A DNA stretch of 64,000 bases from Amoebidium appalachense (Eukaryota; Protista; Ichthyosporea): positions 7,007,794-7,071,793 of the forward strand of contig CAVNZM010000010.1 of the NCBI GenBank assembly GCA_963693365.1, in the 5' to 3' direction. How positions within the stretch are numbered: position 1 is the first letter of the stretch; the number at the start of each line of letters is the position of its first letter. Positions 1 through 16,624 of this stretch are shown piece by piece. The notes beneath the pieces were generated by a model, which made no database searches, was not told where the DNA came from, and saw nothing but the letters and a program-made list of their open reading frames with translations. The translations under genes and the position numbers were made by a program.

Positions 1-1242
1 AGGTGCCGGTGCCCCGGGGATGCACCCATGCAGGCGTCTGGGACAGGGCCACGATGCTGCTGCCCGGCACCTTGTGGCCAATCAGATGGGCCGCCTCTCT
101 CTCCGTCGCATCGCCCGCATTCACGGCGTGCCCCTGTGCCTTGAGGTAGGGGCCATAGGCATGCACAGTAGGCCCGTTGACATGCATATGCTCTGGCCTG
201 CTATCTGACCCCTCCGTGGCCTCCCGATGCCCCCGTGGCTCCCCTAACCCGTCTGCGGGCCACTTACCACGGTGGGCGATAATAACGCTCCGCCCTGTGT
301 CAAGCCTATTAAAGCACTGCTCTCCGACATCACCCACATGCTCAGCGTACGTATACACCACGTCTGCGTTGGCTGATCCAAGCTCAGTCTTGAAATCAAC
401 CACCGGCAGCTGGGAGCCAGTCAAGCCAATCATATTGAAGGCCACTGTGTACATGGACACCACGTCAGCAAACCACACCCCTGCCCATACCAGTTTACAC
501 ATCGACTCAGTGCACATCTTTCTTTTGGTGACAAAGCCCAACGGGGGATGGAAAGGGGGGATGGAGGGAGAGTTCAAAGGAAAAAGGCACCATCACATTC
601 ACTGAGTGCAACAACTTCTGGGTCATGTCAACTTTTCGATTTCCAGTTTGAATAATTGCCTGTATAAATGTTCACGTTTTATTTTGCCGCAGGGTTTATG
701 TGCACATGTGCACATGTGTCGGTCTGTGTGTCCTTCTTCTTTTCCCGTTTTCGACTCTCTCCCCCTCGTAATCCTAACCCCCCCCCTCCCCCTCCCCCCT
801 CCCCCTCCCTTTATCCACACCTCCCCTGTGTGTGTCAGTGTGTCCCTGGGTTATGGGTGAAGAACCAGCTAAGAGACACCAACCTCAGAAGCATGCCGTG
901 TCCTTCCCCCGAGCACTCTGATGTCTGCGGTGCATTGGAAGGGGCTTCAATTCCCGCACAATCGTGTCCCTCCTCCGAACACTCTGGTGTCTGCAGCTCT
1001 GCTGGCTTTGATAGCTGCGATAGCATGGAAGGGGTTTTAGTTCCTGCACATCACCAATAAAGCAGCCAGGTTTATGTCCAGATATATGTGCATTGCAATC
1101 AGTAGGTGCCAGCAAAGGTCCAAGCACCCAGGCAGCCGGGCAGGCAAGCAACATGCACGTGCAGCCATAAGCACGAGATGCACTGGGACCCCACAGGAGT
1201 GCAACACATTGTACACCGGCTGATGGCCATGCACATTCACAG

Positions 1243-1274
<32 letters not shown>

Positions 1275-1394
1275 CCCGCCCCATTTTCTCTCCCAAGAGC
1301 CTGCTGGCCCCATAGCGGCCTTCTAAAAATGTTCAGTATTCACCATTATCCCCCCCCCCCCCCCCCAAAAAAAAAAAAAAAAAAAAAAAAAAGG

Positions 1395-1434
<40 letters not shown>

Positions 1435-2581
1435 GGGGAAATAAGACCACTTCCACCACCCCCCCCAAAAGACGAAAATATAAAGTAAAATAGACTGCAT
1501 TTCTCCCTTTACCCCCCCCCCCTCCCCCCCCGTTCCCCCCTCCCCCCCTCCCCCTTTTCCCTAACCCCCCCTCCCCTCCCCCTTTTTCCTAAAACCCCCC
1601 TCCCCCCCCCCCCCCCCCCTCCCCCTCCCTTCCCCCCCCCCCCCCAAAAAAAAAAAAGAAAACAAAAACAAAAAAACCTAAACAACCAAGAAACTTACAC
1701 CGACACCCACAATGACACGCACACAAGGAGACACACACACACACACAAGCAAAAAAACAAAAAAACCTCTGCCATGCCCCTCCTCTCGCCCACAGACTAC
1801 CCCACTTACCCCTTACCCACTTAACTCTATAAGCAGTCAGACACGTGTGGTGGATGGCGTGACCGAGCGGGGCGTGCATGTTCTGTGGAGCCAACGACCA
1901 AACATTGCTCACCTCAACCACCAGCACGTCGTAATACACACACTGGTCAGAGACGTAGGAGACCTGCTGCTCCAGCACCCCGGCCCCCACCACCTCTCCC
2001 CCGGTGGTGCACTTGCTGGTCAGGCAGCCCCACTTGGCCATGTCCTGATCTCGGATGTACACACGCTTGTTGTGGCCTCTGTCATCGCCGTAGCGCGTAC
2101 GGAAACACTCACAGCCATTCCAATAGCTCCCTGCGAGCGTGTCGGGGAATTCGCAGAGGGTTTGACCGTTGCTGTTGCGCAGAACTGCGTGATACATATG
2201 CATCCACTCAACTTCTGCCAGCCGATAGTCGTCGATAGGTGCTTCCCACACACACTGCAGGGGGCAACACATGGTGTGAGCTACAGAACCAGTGTGCATA
2301 TGTCTGTGGATGCTGAATATCAAGCCCAATATCGGAATGGCCGGAAGAACAAGGCATCCAGCAACACTAGTCGTATAGGGGAGAAGGGGGGAGGGAGAGG
2401 GACACAAGGAGGGACAAACGGAGTGAGAGGGATGGATAACGAAAGAGGGCAAGGGAGAGAGTGAGGGCATGTGAAAGAGGAACAGAGGGAGGGACATGGC
2501 GACGGGGGGGGGGGGGGGGGGGGGGGTGAGAGAGAGAGATCACGAGGGGATGGGGGGAAAGAAATGGTCGGAAGTGGGAAG

Positions 2582-2618
<37 letters not shown>

Positions 2619-3170
2619 TGGACAGAAAGTGGCACCCCGGCTGCATTGCACAGTGTCCGTGCCACACATCATGGGTCCAGAGCCACAGGCATGCACAAGC
2701 ACGTGGGTACTCACAGGCAGGGGGCTGTTGCTGACGTCACCTGTGCTGAATGGCTGTGCCTGACAAGCAGGGTCCTGCAGCAACACAACATCAACATGCA
2801 GCCCAGCACACCCACCTTGCAGCACCACACCACTGCCCCCACCTTCATCCAACAACCCTGCACCACCCAGACCCCACAACCACAGGCACACCAGTGTGCA
2901 TACGTTGACTACACTATAAGCTATAGGCCCATACTGCACACTAACATTGGAACAGTAGAACTTAACTCAACCAATCGTAATAAAGCTTCAACAGTGTGTC
3001 TTCCCGTGCAAGGTACGTGCGGCGGATACACGCATGCAGCAGCAAGGCGGTGCAAACAGCCACACCATGCGGCCCAACCACTCACCCCTCCCGGCGGTGG
3101 CCACTGGCCCTGTGTCTGGCCCTTGGTCAAGGAATCTGGGCCGGGTGCAGGTGCAAAGCCCCCCTGCAGG
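1..3170 (-). CDS. Multi-exon gene of unknown function, runs off the window start; exon structure only partly resolved
   Basis: Non-repetitive open stretches bounded by AG/GT sites: about 1825-2255 (CVWEAPIDDYRLAEVEW...YDVLVVEVSNVWSL...), about 2742-2858, about 885-1043 (66-bp internal repeat) and 480 down to 1 (VWFADVVSMYTVAFNMIGL...). YDVLVVE..W weakly recalls PC-esterase/SGNH-like proteins. Exon phases not fully reconciled. Confidence 0.45.
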
Positions 3171-3587
3171 TGTGCATGCCATTAGAAGGGACCACCCCAA
3201 CAACACAGCGCATGCATTACACGAGTGTATGCATGTGCACTGTGCACGTGTTAGTGTTTGCACAGCCGTGCTTGCGCTTTCCACCATCTCTTTCCGTTCG
3301 TATTCTGTTCCCTGTGCATGCCAGACGGTCACGACAGCCATCAAGAAAAGACCTCGATGGATGTGTGCCTGCCTGCATGTGTGTGGAGGGTTTCCTCTAG
3401 TACTTTTTCTCTAAAAAAAAAAAAAAAAGGGCCCAAGGACGTGCTTGTGTGTATGTGTGTGCGTGCATGTGAGTGTGGGTATGTGCGCTTTTGTGTGTGC
3501 TTGTGTGTGTGCATGAATACGTGCATGTGTGTATGTGTGAGCGTGTGCATGTGTATATGTGCGTGTGTGCATGTGTGTACGTGCTTG

Positions 3588-3886
3588 GGCGCAGGTTGGT
3601 GAGTGTCGGTATGCATGACCACTCCAAGCCAGGCAAACGAGACCAAAGTTAGACAGGTCGGATATTGTGCCCCGACTGGGTGGCATTTCATTATCACCAC
3701 CATACAAAACAGGGTGCTGGTGGACACGGTGGTCGTCACGGTGGTGTTGGTGTGGGTATCTCTCTTTCGCTCCCTCCCTCCCTGTCACACACACACACTC
3801 TCTCTCTCTCTTTCTCCCCCGCCCCCTCCCCCCCCCCCCCTCCCCCACCTTCTCCTTACTCCCTCCCTCCCTCCCTCTCTCTCTCC

Positions 3887-3919
<33 letters not shown>

Positions 3920-4164
3920 TGTGTGTGTACGTGTGTGTGTGTGTCTGTGTGTACGTTCATGTAAACAAGGCCAGGGGGCAGGGGATACGGGAAGCTTGGG
4001 GTGGGGAAGGGGGGGGGGGGGGGGTGGGGGGCAGGGGGGAAAGGGAACGGACCGGGGAGAAAAAGCCGAACTTTTTGGGCTGGGGTTTGCAGTCTGCCTG
4101 CTGGCTGCCTGCATGTAGACTTGGAGGTGGCAAAAAGCCGGACAACTGTGGCCCCTGTTCCCCC

Positions 4165-4200
<36 letters not shown>

Positions 4201-4527
4201 CTTGTGTGTGCGTGTGTGAATGTGTGGGTGAGTGGGTGGGTGGGTGCCTGTGAGTGTGGGTATGTGTGTGCTGGTGTGTGCTTGTGAATGTTTGCATGAA
4301 TGTGTGCATGTGTGCATGTGTGCATGTGTGCATGTGTGTGCATGTGTGCCTGGGCGCAGGTTGGTGTGTGTCCCTATGCATGACCACTCCAAGCTAGGCA
4401 AACGAGACCAAAGTTAGACAGGTCGGATATTGTGCATTGAATGGCTGATACTTGATCATAACAGGGTGCTGGTGGACGAGATGGTGGTCACGGTGATGTT
4501 GGTGTGGGTCTCTCTCTTTCGCTCCCC
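3588..4527 (+). repeat. Diverged direct duplication of ~190 bp (about 3588-3775 and 4354-4527)
   Basis: Both copies share GCGCAGGTTGGTG...CATGACCACTCCAAGC...GGCAAACGAGACCAAAGTTAGACAGGTCGGATATTGTGC...ACAGGGTGCTGGTGGAC...TCTCTCTTTCGCTCCC. Confidence 0.85.
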
Positions 4528-4544
4528 CCCCCCCCCCCACTCTC

Positions 4545-4738
<194 letters not shown>

Positions 4739-4805
4739 CCTCTTCTCCTTACTCCCTCCCTCTCTCTCTTTCGTTTCCCCTTCTGCCTCCTCTTCTCTCT
4801 CTCTC

Positions 4806-5270
4806 TCACAGCTGAATAATTGCTCTTAAACGTGCTTGTTGTTTGTCTGTGGGTGCTTGTATTTCTCTTTTAGCAAGAGCTTTGTCTATGAGGGTGCCCA
4901 GCGCTTCTTTGCACAGTATGGTGGTGCGCACCCTCTCTTCAACAATCTTACAGCTGTTCTTTAGTAGCCTGGAAGTGTTATGGAGCTTGTCTGTGTACTC
5001 AAGTCCCAAAGTTTCAAAAACGCCCCGAACAGTGAGCCCTACGTCGCCTGTTTCAAAAACAAAGGCTTCAATACGAGTGTCGCCCTTGCTTTCAACCTCC
5101 GGCTCTACCAATACACGCCAACCATTTGGGGGCACCATGGTGGCTACTTTGCTAAACGCGAATGCGCCATGAGCCTTGAATCGGTGCACACACTAATAAT
5201 GGGACACCTGTACAAAGGACCGACCGGTGTACTCTTGCTGCCTTGTGAAGTTGTGAGAGAAGTTTTCATG
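4806..5270 (-). CDS. Orphan coding fragment, possibly a BRO-N/antirepressor-like DNA-binding domain
   Basis: 127-aa non-repetitive ORF; RIEAFVFETGDVGLTVRGVFETLGLEY...TTILCKEALGTLIDKAL resembles the BRO-N pattern by eye only. Confidence 0.3.
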
Positions 5271-6775
5271 AAAGTGATGACCTCATCATGGGCAATATTT
5301 CCCGCCAAAATAATATATGCACCAATTACTATCAACCACGGCCCCCCGGCACCGGGTTTCCCAACCTGAGCCCGGGGCCCCGGGGCCGTGACCAGGAGTT
5401 GGGACCCCGTTTTTTGAGCACGTCGCAATCCATCAATGGAGGGGAGGGGAGGGGGGTTGGGGTTGGATTCCTTGAGTATAGAGGTCAATCACCACTCTAC
5501 TCCCGTTTTCAACAGCCACCAGGATGACAATCTCTTCGGGCTGTTTTCAGAGAGAAGGTTGATTGTGCCCCCTCCATCATAGTTTGCGATGTGTCCCGTT
5601 TTGCACAACTACAGAAAATTGTCCGTTCCGCGTCCGTGCCACCTTCTGAACCCACTGTGGATGTTCTGTTCCCCGTTAGCATGCGCTCTGCTTGTGATGC
5701 ATACCCTTGATGTGTGCTCGGCCAGGTGCATGTTTTGTCCGTCGCAATGTGCACTTCGTACTCTGTTATGCATCCTAGCCTCCCCCCCCCCCCCCCCCCC
5801 CCCCCTCTCTCTCCCCCCCCCTTTCTCCCCCCCTTCCCCCCCCCCCCCTCCCCCCGTGCTACCACCAATCCCTTGTGCTACTACTGTTGCATTCTTTATG
5901 TTTGTACATTACATTATCTGCTGTGAATGTCTATTTCATACTGTTTACACTCTACCTCTCTTCCCCTCCCCCCCTCCACCCCAACCACCACCATCACCCC
6001 CAGCCACTACCCACACCCCAGATTGCTCTCCCGTGGCCTGTCGAACGTCAGCAGCCGAGAGAGGCTTGGGGGGACGGAGGGACAGAGGGCAAGGGTCTGG
6101 CCTGCCAGTTCATCACCTCAAAGAGGGTGTGTGTGTTTTAATCTTTCTCTCCCCCCCCCCCCCCCCTCCCCCCCCCCCCTCTCTGCCTGCCCTTTTTTCC
6201 CCCTTCCATGTTCCCATGTTTCTCTTTTTTTTTGCACATCTGCACTACGCCATTCCGCTGTAAATGTGCAGCACTTTCTACCGTGTTCCCCTCAACGTCA
6301 AGAATAAAGAAAACACGTTCAAACCTGCGCTCCCTACCTTCCATGCAATCACTAAAATGCAAAAAAATCATCCCTCATTCCGATTTTATTGCCAGCTGCG
6401 CCTCTACATCTCTCGAATTCATTACATTCTTCTTTTAAAAGCGTTGAGAGCATTCACAGTGACGTAGAACACACCTGGAAAAATACAGTCAAGGACCATC
6501 TTCCTCATAATACTTACAGCTGGATATTATTTAAAGATCGCGCTGAGCTGATAGACACAATCAACTTGATTAATCACATCCGTCCATTAAGTGTTCTAAA
6601 GATTTCTGGTGTGCATGTATGTGCTGTGTGTTTAAGTTCTCTTCAGTGTAGATGGGGAGCTGCCTCCCTCCCTCCGCCCCCCCTCCCTCTCTCCCTCCCT
6701 CCCTTCCCCTCTTACCCTACCCCTTACACCTTTTCGTTGCAGTATTCTTTTTGTCCGCGTGACCCTTTTCACTTG

Positions 6776-6834
<59 letters not shown>

Positions 6835-6839
6835 GCACG

Positions 6840-6942
<103 letters not shown>

Positions 6943-6995
6943 GCACACACACGCGCACGCGCACGCACACGCACGCACACGCACACGCACACACG

Positions 6996-7042
<47 letters not shown>

Positions 7043-7616
7043 GAGAAAAAGCCAGCGAAGGAACAAACGGTGAATGGGCCACCGCCAACAAACAGACACA
7101 GGCGATGGGTGGCGATGGCACGTGGTTGAATACGTTTGCAAAAGGAAAAGAAATTGGAGGCACAGGCAGCGAAAGCGGCGGTGTTACCACACCACTTCTA
7201 GAATCGACGGTCGGAAGCAAACAGAAGCGTATTTGGGATTTGGGCTCTGACTCTGAGAGAGTTAATGGGGAGGTGGGGAGGATTGTGGACCCAGGAGAGG
7301 AAGGCATCCCCACAAAGATCCGCAGCGCATAGTGCTGACATACAGGGACAGGTAGACTTATCCCCCCCCCCCCCCCCCCTTCCCCCCTATTGTGTTGTCT
7401 GTTGTGAATGTGTGTTTTGTACTTATGGCGCATTCAAACTATCCTTTTGTGTGTGTGGTTGCTGTTTTCTGGATGGGCTCTGCTTGGTAATCAGACTATG
7501 TGTAGTTTACACTCTGTATTTTGTTGTCCGTTATGAATTGTACTTCGTATTTTATAACACACTCTACCATCCCCCCCCCCAAAAAAAAAAAAAATAAAGC
7601 AATCCTTCTCCCCCCC

Positions 7617-7648
<32 letters not shown>

Positions 7649-7719
7649 CCGCCCCCGCTCCTCCCCTGCCTCCAAATTCTCAATAGCTTTTTTTTGTTTT
7701 TTTTTTCGCTTCGTTTCAG

Positions 7720-10074
<2,355 letters not shown>

Positions 10075-10548
10075 TTGTGACTCTACCTGGGTGCTCATAT
10101 ATCACAGTTACACAATGTGTAGCATAACCAAAATGTTATTAGTATGCAATTTAGGTCACTTGGTTAGCAATGAGTTCCTATAATGGTAGCAATTGTTCGG
10201 ATGATCCCTTTGGGCCTTAGTCTAAAACAATGTCCCTTTGTGTGTAGGTGAATGGGGTACGTGCGTGTGTGTGTGCGTGTGTAGCTGGGTGGGGTAGGGG
10301 AGGGATAGTTTTGGGAGGTGGGTGGGGGTGTGTTGTGTGTGTGTGGGGTGGGGGGGGGGGGGGGGGGGGGGGGGGAGGGGGAAGGGGGGGGGAGGGTGTG
10401 TGTGTGGGGAGAGGGGGGGGGGGGGGGGGAAGGGTGTGTGTGTGGGGAGGGGGGGGGGGGGGGAGATGGGGGTGGGTGGGGGTGGGTGGGTGGGTGTGTA
10501 GTTGAAGGTGTGTATAGGTCTAGTCGGTGGTATGTGCATGTCTCTTTT

Positions 10549-10661
<113 letters not shown>

Positions 10662-10833
10662 TTGTGGTGGTAGTGGTTGTGTGTGCGTGTTTGTGTGTAT
10701 CGGGGGAGGGGAGGGGGGGAAGGGTTTGGGGGAGGGGGAGGTTGGGGGATTGTGTCTGTGTCTGTGGTGTGTGTGGGGGGGGAGGAGGGGGGAAGAATTG
10801 TGTGTGTGTGTGTGTGTGTCTATGCGTACGTGT

Positions 10834-10870
<37 letters not shown>

Positions 10871-11934
10871 GTGTGCGTGGGTGTCTGTAATTGTGTGTGT
10901 GTGTGTGGATGGTGGGGGGGAGGGGGGGAGGGAGGTAAACATGATAGCAAAGGGTGGTTGAGCAAAGGACAGGACACGTGCATGCATGTGGGTATGAGAA
11001 TGAAGGGTGGAAAGAGGGGAGGGAGGGGGGGGGGGGGGAGGGGGGGGGGGGGATTTCATGTGCTTGTACTTCACATTTCCCCCCATATGCATGCCCCTTC
11101 CCTCCCCCCCCCCCCTCCCCCCCCTCCCTCTCCTCCCCCCGCACACACACACACCACCACCACCGCCACCACCACCACCACCACCACCAGCAGAGGGGGA
11201 GTTGGATGGGAACGGGGGAGAAGGGGGAGGGGGGACAGGGGAGGGTGAAGGGGGGAGGAGCTCTAGAGGGGAAGGCAACGAATACTGCTGTGGTTGTACC
11301 GTTTTCCCAATGCTTGTGTGTGTTTGTGGAGGTGGGAGTGTTATGCTTTCTTGTGTGCCTGTGCTTGGCCGTTAGATAGCACTGTGCCTGTGTTGGTGGA
11401 GGTTTAGCACCTACGATTGTTGTGTGTTTCCTGTTAGACACTTGTGGCACGAAAATCCACAAGCACACACTCTTACCCACACGTATATAGGCGCAAAAGC
11501 ATCACAGACACACGCATTATTTCCACACGCGCACGTGCTCCTGATGTTTCTGCATCCTAACCTCCTCTCTCCCCTCTATTTGATTGTTCCTCCTGACCCT
11601 TTCCCCCTCCCCCCCTTTCTCCCCCCTTCCCCCCTTCTTTCTCTCTCTCTCTCTCCCCCCCCCCCTCCCCCCCCCCCCCCCCCCCCCCCTTCCCCCTTCT
11701 TCCCCCCCATCCCCCCTTCCCCTTCCCGTGTGCAGAGGGCACTGAATTTGAACCGGTGATTCCCAGAAAGGTACCAAAGTGAGGAAGATCGGGTTTGAGG
11801 GTGAGGGTGAAGACGTGAGGGTATGTTCCAGTGGCAGCTCCATACACATGCACAGGCACACACATACTCAAACACACAAACACACACACAAACACAAACA
11901 CACAAACACAAACACAAACACAAACACACACACA

Positions 11935-12068
<134 letters not shown>

Positions 12069-12095
12069 TATGCACACAAGCAGACACTCATACAC

Positions 12096-12138
<43 letters not shown>

Positions 12139-12200
12139 ACGGGTACATACACACAAGCTTGCAGGCACAATCACACAGGCGTCCGCGCACGCAAACACGC

Positions 12201-12264
<64 letters not shown>

Positions 12265-12275
12265 AGACACAGACA

Positions 12276-12319
<44 letters not shown>

Positions 12320-12499
12320 GAAAGGGACGAGGGAAAGGGTTGGGTGTGTGGGTGGGCGTGAGTGTGTTGTTTGCAGTGTGTGGCTGTTGTTGAGTGTGTG
12401 TGTGTCTGTGTATGTGTATGTGTGTGTTTGTGTGTGTCTGTGGGTTTAAGTGTTTTTCGTTTCTTGTTCTGCTCTAAAATGCTTCGGCTTTCTTGCGTT

Positions 12500-12629
12500 C
12501 GGATTGTGCTAAAGTGGGTTGCAGAGTGCGGGGTACATAACCACGACGGACAACACAACACAATCTATGCAAAGCACACTCAAAAGATGATGAGTCATAA
12601 GTAGAGGCCATTTCCGCCGGAGTGTGTGT

Positions 12630-12662
<33 letters not shown>

Positions 12663-12886
12663 GGGGGGGGAGGGGGGAGGGGGAAAGGGGAGCGGGGGGG
12701 GGGGGGGGTGGCTGATTTTTAGGGCTCCAAAAAAGAAAGCAGAGACATGAAAAACATGAAAAATATGGGGTGGGGGGGGGGGGAAGGGGGTGGCACCTTT
12801 CCACGGATACGGCAAGCGATTCGTTGCTGGGAGGAAACCCCTTGAAGCGGAAAAGGGATCAGAAGTGGAAATATAGCAGCAGCATC

Positions 12887-12922
<36 letters not shown>

Positions 12923-13644
12923 CTTTACTTCCATGCAACCGGGCATGGTTGCTCTGTGTCGTGCCTCTGTAAGCACATACACATTTTTCGCTGCACTGCA
13001 TTAGTTTGCACACACATCTTCACCGTTTTGCTCACCTTGCTTGCATAAGCAACCCTGCTCGTCTTTGATCAAGACGGGTTGACCCTCCCAAGTGCAGTTG
13101 ATGCTGCTGTCTGAGTTGGAGAGTCGTATATACGCGGGCTAAGGGGTCGAAACTCAGACACAATTGATGACTTGGGCCCTCCCTGAGGATGGGCTCTGCT
13201 TATGACGCATACTGTGCGCATGGCTGATGTTGCATACTTGAATGTTTGCCTTTACATGTGTCCTGCACCATGGCTTCTCATCGTGTATGCGTACTTCGTA
13301 CCGTGTTCCGCATTCAAACCCCCCCCCCCCCCCCGCATTCAAACCCCCCCCCCCCCTCCCCACCCCCTTCCCCTGTCATATTTAACTTTTCGCACGTGCT
13401 CTTTTCCTTCAAGCTTAAAGTTTACCCTCGCAATTTAGTGACATGAGGTCAAAATATTATCAAGGCATACTGGCGGCAGAGTATATAATTGGCTTTACCA
13501 ATATGTGGGCAAAGTCCCTTTTTTAGAACTTGTGCGATTCCATATGGAAGAACCGGGAGAAATGTCAACACACAGACGTTCAGCCAACAGAGAGAAGCAG
13601 CACACAAATATTGACAGGGGCTGTCGTGACAGTTGGGGAGGGAG

Positions 13645-13700
<56 letters not shown>

Positions 13701-14033
13701 GGAGGAGGAGGGGAAAGGGGGAGGTAGTTCTTTGCTGCATAGTTCAGAGTCGATGAACGTTCACGACTTACACAACACAAACATGGAAACAGACAGGCAC
13801 ATGCACTGAGAGCCCATGGTCAGTGAGGGGGGGAGAGGGGTGGGGTGGGAGAGTGTCTGTGTGTGTCTTTGTGTGTGCGTGTGGGGGGGGGGGGGGGGGG
13901 GGGGGGGGGGGTCATCCGCAGCACCGTGGGAAGGGAAGGGGACGGGGGGGTGAAGGGGGGGGAAGAAGGGGCTGGGGGAGGTGGAGCGGGCTGGGAAGTG
14001 GAGAGTGGGAGGGGAGGAGGCAAGGAGGCGGCA

Positions 14034-14096
<63 letters not shown>

Positions 14097-14458
14097 CGTT
14101 ACTGTTGCTAAGGCATCTTGCAGTTGGCGCACATTAGACCAGTGCACAAAGTCCAACATGCTGCGACCGGTAAGACGACTGACTGGGGCCTGAAAACAGC
14201 ACATGGTGAGTGGGGTGTGTGTGCTGGGTGGAAAAGGAGGGAAAAAGAGGGGGGAGAAGGGGATGGGGAAGAGGTGAAGGGAGGGGGTTGGGAGGGGGGA
14301 GGGGGACTGCATGTAGTATGGGGTGCGCGTGGGTGTATGGGGCAGGCTTGGTTTTTTCCTTTTCCTTTTTTTTTTCCATTCTCTCTCTCTCTTTTTTTTT
14401 TTTTTTTGTTGTCCTGTTCTTCCTTCTACTTTTTTCTCTTCCTTATCCGAGAGAAGGG

Positions 14459-14491
<33 letters not shown>

Positions 14492-15060
14492 AAATGACAC
14501 GAATCCTGTTCACGGGCACGAGGTCATACAATCATGTAATCAATATGGAAATGGGATTTGGAAAGCGGGAAAGGAGAAAAAAAACAGTTCACACGGTCGA
14601 ATATCACAAAGGACCGTAATGATGTGTGCGTGGGTTGTGTGTCGTGAGTCACGTGCAGAAAAATGCTTTACGGGAGACTACAAACCTTCCTTCTTTGACA
14701 TTTTGTTGTGTGTGCTAGCCGGTCTATTTCGATATTCACCTGTGACCACCCACAGAAATATCGGTAAAAGAATAAATTATGCCAACTAAAAATCGAGTTA
14801 ATAAAATGGGTGTGTGGATGGGAGGGACATATTAATGAGGGGCGAGGTCCTGTGGGGGACTGGGGGAGGGTGGGGGTGGGGGTGGAGGCGGGGGGGAGGG
14901 GGGGGGGGGGGGGGGGAAGGCGGGGGGGAGGGGGGGGATAACACACCCCCATGAATCGCAGACAGGAAGGGGAGGCACGCTGTATGATGCCCCTCCGATC
15001 GACCAAAAACACCAAATCGCCAATCCACTCAACCGGCACTTGCGCCTGTGTAGGACGTGG

Positions 15061-15117
<57 letters not shown>

Positions 15118-15128
15118 TGTGGTGTGTG

Positions 15129-15167
<39 letters not shown>

Positions 15168-16593
15168 TGTGTGTGTGTGTGTGGTCTTTGTGTGCGTGCA
15201 CAGGAAACGTCGATCGTTTTTGGTTTTTTTCCCTTTTGCGGGTGTGTGGGTGGCCGGGTAGGTGTGTGTGTGTGTGTGTGTTTGTGTGTGTGTGTAGGGG
15301 AGGGGGGGGGGGGGGGGAGGGGGGGGGCAGAGCCTTTCGGTTAGTAAAGGATACTATTGATCCTAGAAGCAAAGTGAACCTTGTCCGTAAACACTATGTC
15401 CAACGGGCCCAAAGGGGGCCAAAATCCCCCCTCCCCCCCCCCCTCCCCACCAAAAAATTTTTTTGGTGGGGAGGGGGGAGGGGGGGATGATTGAAAACAG
15501 AAAAAAAAAAAAAAAAAAAAAAAACTGCACTTCATAGTAGCGTGAGAGAGAAACTAGGTGACCCAAAAGAAAATAGAAGCAGCAAATTTTCCTTCTTCTT
15601 CTCTCATGCTCTTCGCAAGGTTTCTTTCTTGCTTCATTTTGGGGAGAGGCCGTGGAGAAAAGAGAGGGGAAGAAAGAAAGGGGGGAGGGGGGGGGGGGGG
15701 GGGGGGGGGGGGACAATACGGAAATTCCAGTAGTCAAGGGGATCGGTTGAGGGGGTGTCCGTCTGTGTTTGCAGATAGCGGATGACGGTTTGGAGGAAAG
15801 TCGGAGAGGGGCATCTTGTTGTCCTGCATGGTGGGGGGGTCTAGGAGCTGGGGCAACACGGAAAAAAGGAAAATCAGGAAAAACGAAATGAGGACTCCTG
15901 AAACCCCGGCGACTCACACTTTCGGAGAAAACAGCGGGAATTTTTTCAAAAGGGAATAGGCAAAGAAAGCAGATATAAAAGATTGGGTTTGCATGATATC
16001 CGATAATCATTGCTGGAGTGGCGATCTGACCGCCGAGTCCTCCCCCCCCCCCCCCTCTCCCCCCCCCCCCCTCCCCCCCCCCCCCCCTCCCCCCCGGAGG
16101 AAAAAAAAGGGAAAAAAAAAGGGAAAAAAAAAAGAGAGGGAGAAATAAAGAAATAAAAGAAAACAGAAAACTAAACAAACTTTCTCGCCGAACGTGTTTT
16201 ATGAAAGGCATGAAATTTTATAACGGGCAACCTTGCAAGGCACCGTCACATAGTAAACTAGTTCGGTGGTTGCTCAGAGGATATCATGAATGATACTGTT
16301 GGACCCCTGGAGCGCTATAAACTTTGAGCGTAGAAAATAACGATGTTGCTCTCAGAGTGCCCACAGTGACTAGGGCAGCATTTAGATGTCGGCAAGGGCG
16401 GCGGTGGCAGGGACTCAAGTGCCAATTAAAAAGCCTCAGGCTGACGTGGGGTGAAACATACAGCTGCGACGGTTTTCATATAGTCAATACTGACTGATTT
16501 CACCTGGATGTCTTTTCCTTGTTTTCGATTCTTTTTTTTTTTTTTTTTTTCCCCTTTTTTCCTTTTTTTCTCTCTCTCTTCTCTCTCTCTTTT

Positions 16594-16624
<31 letters not shown>

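Noticed and set aside
6260-6610. Possible LINE fragment (also 41200-41490)
   Set aside because: Composition is LINE-like but no diagnostic motif is present.
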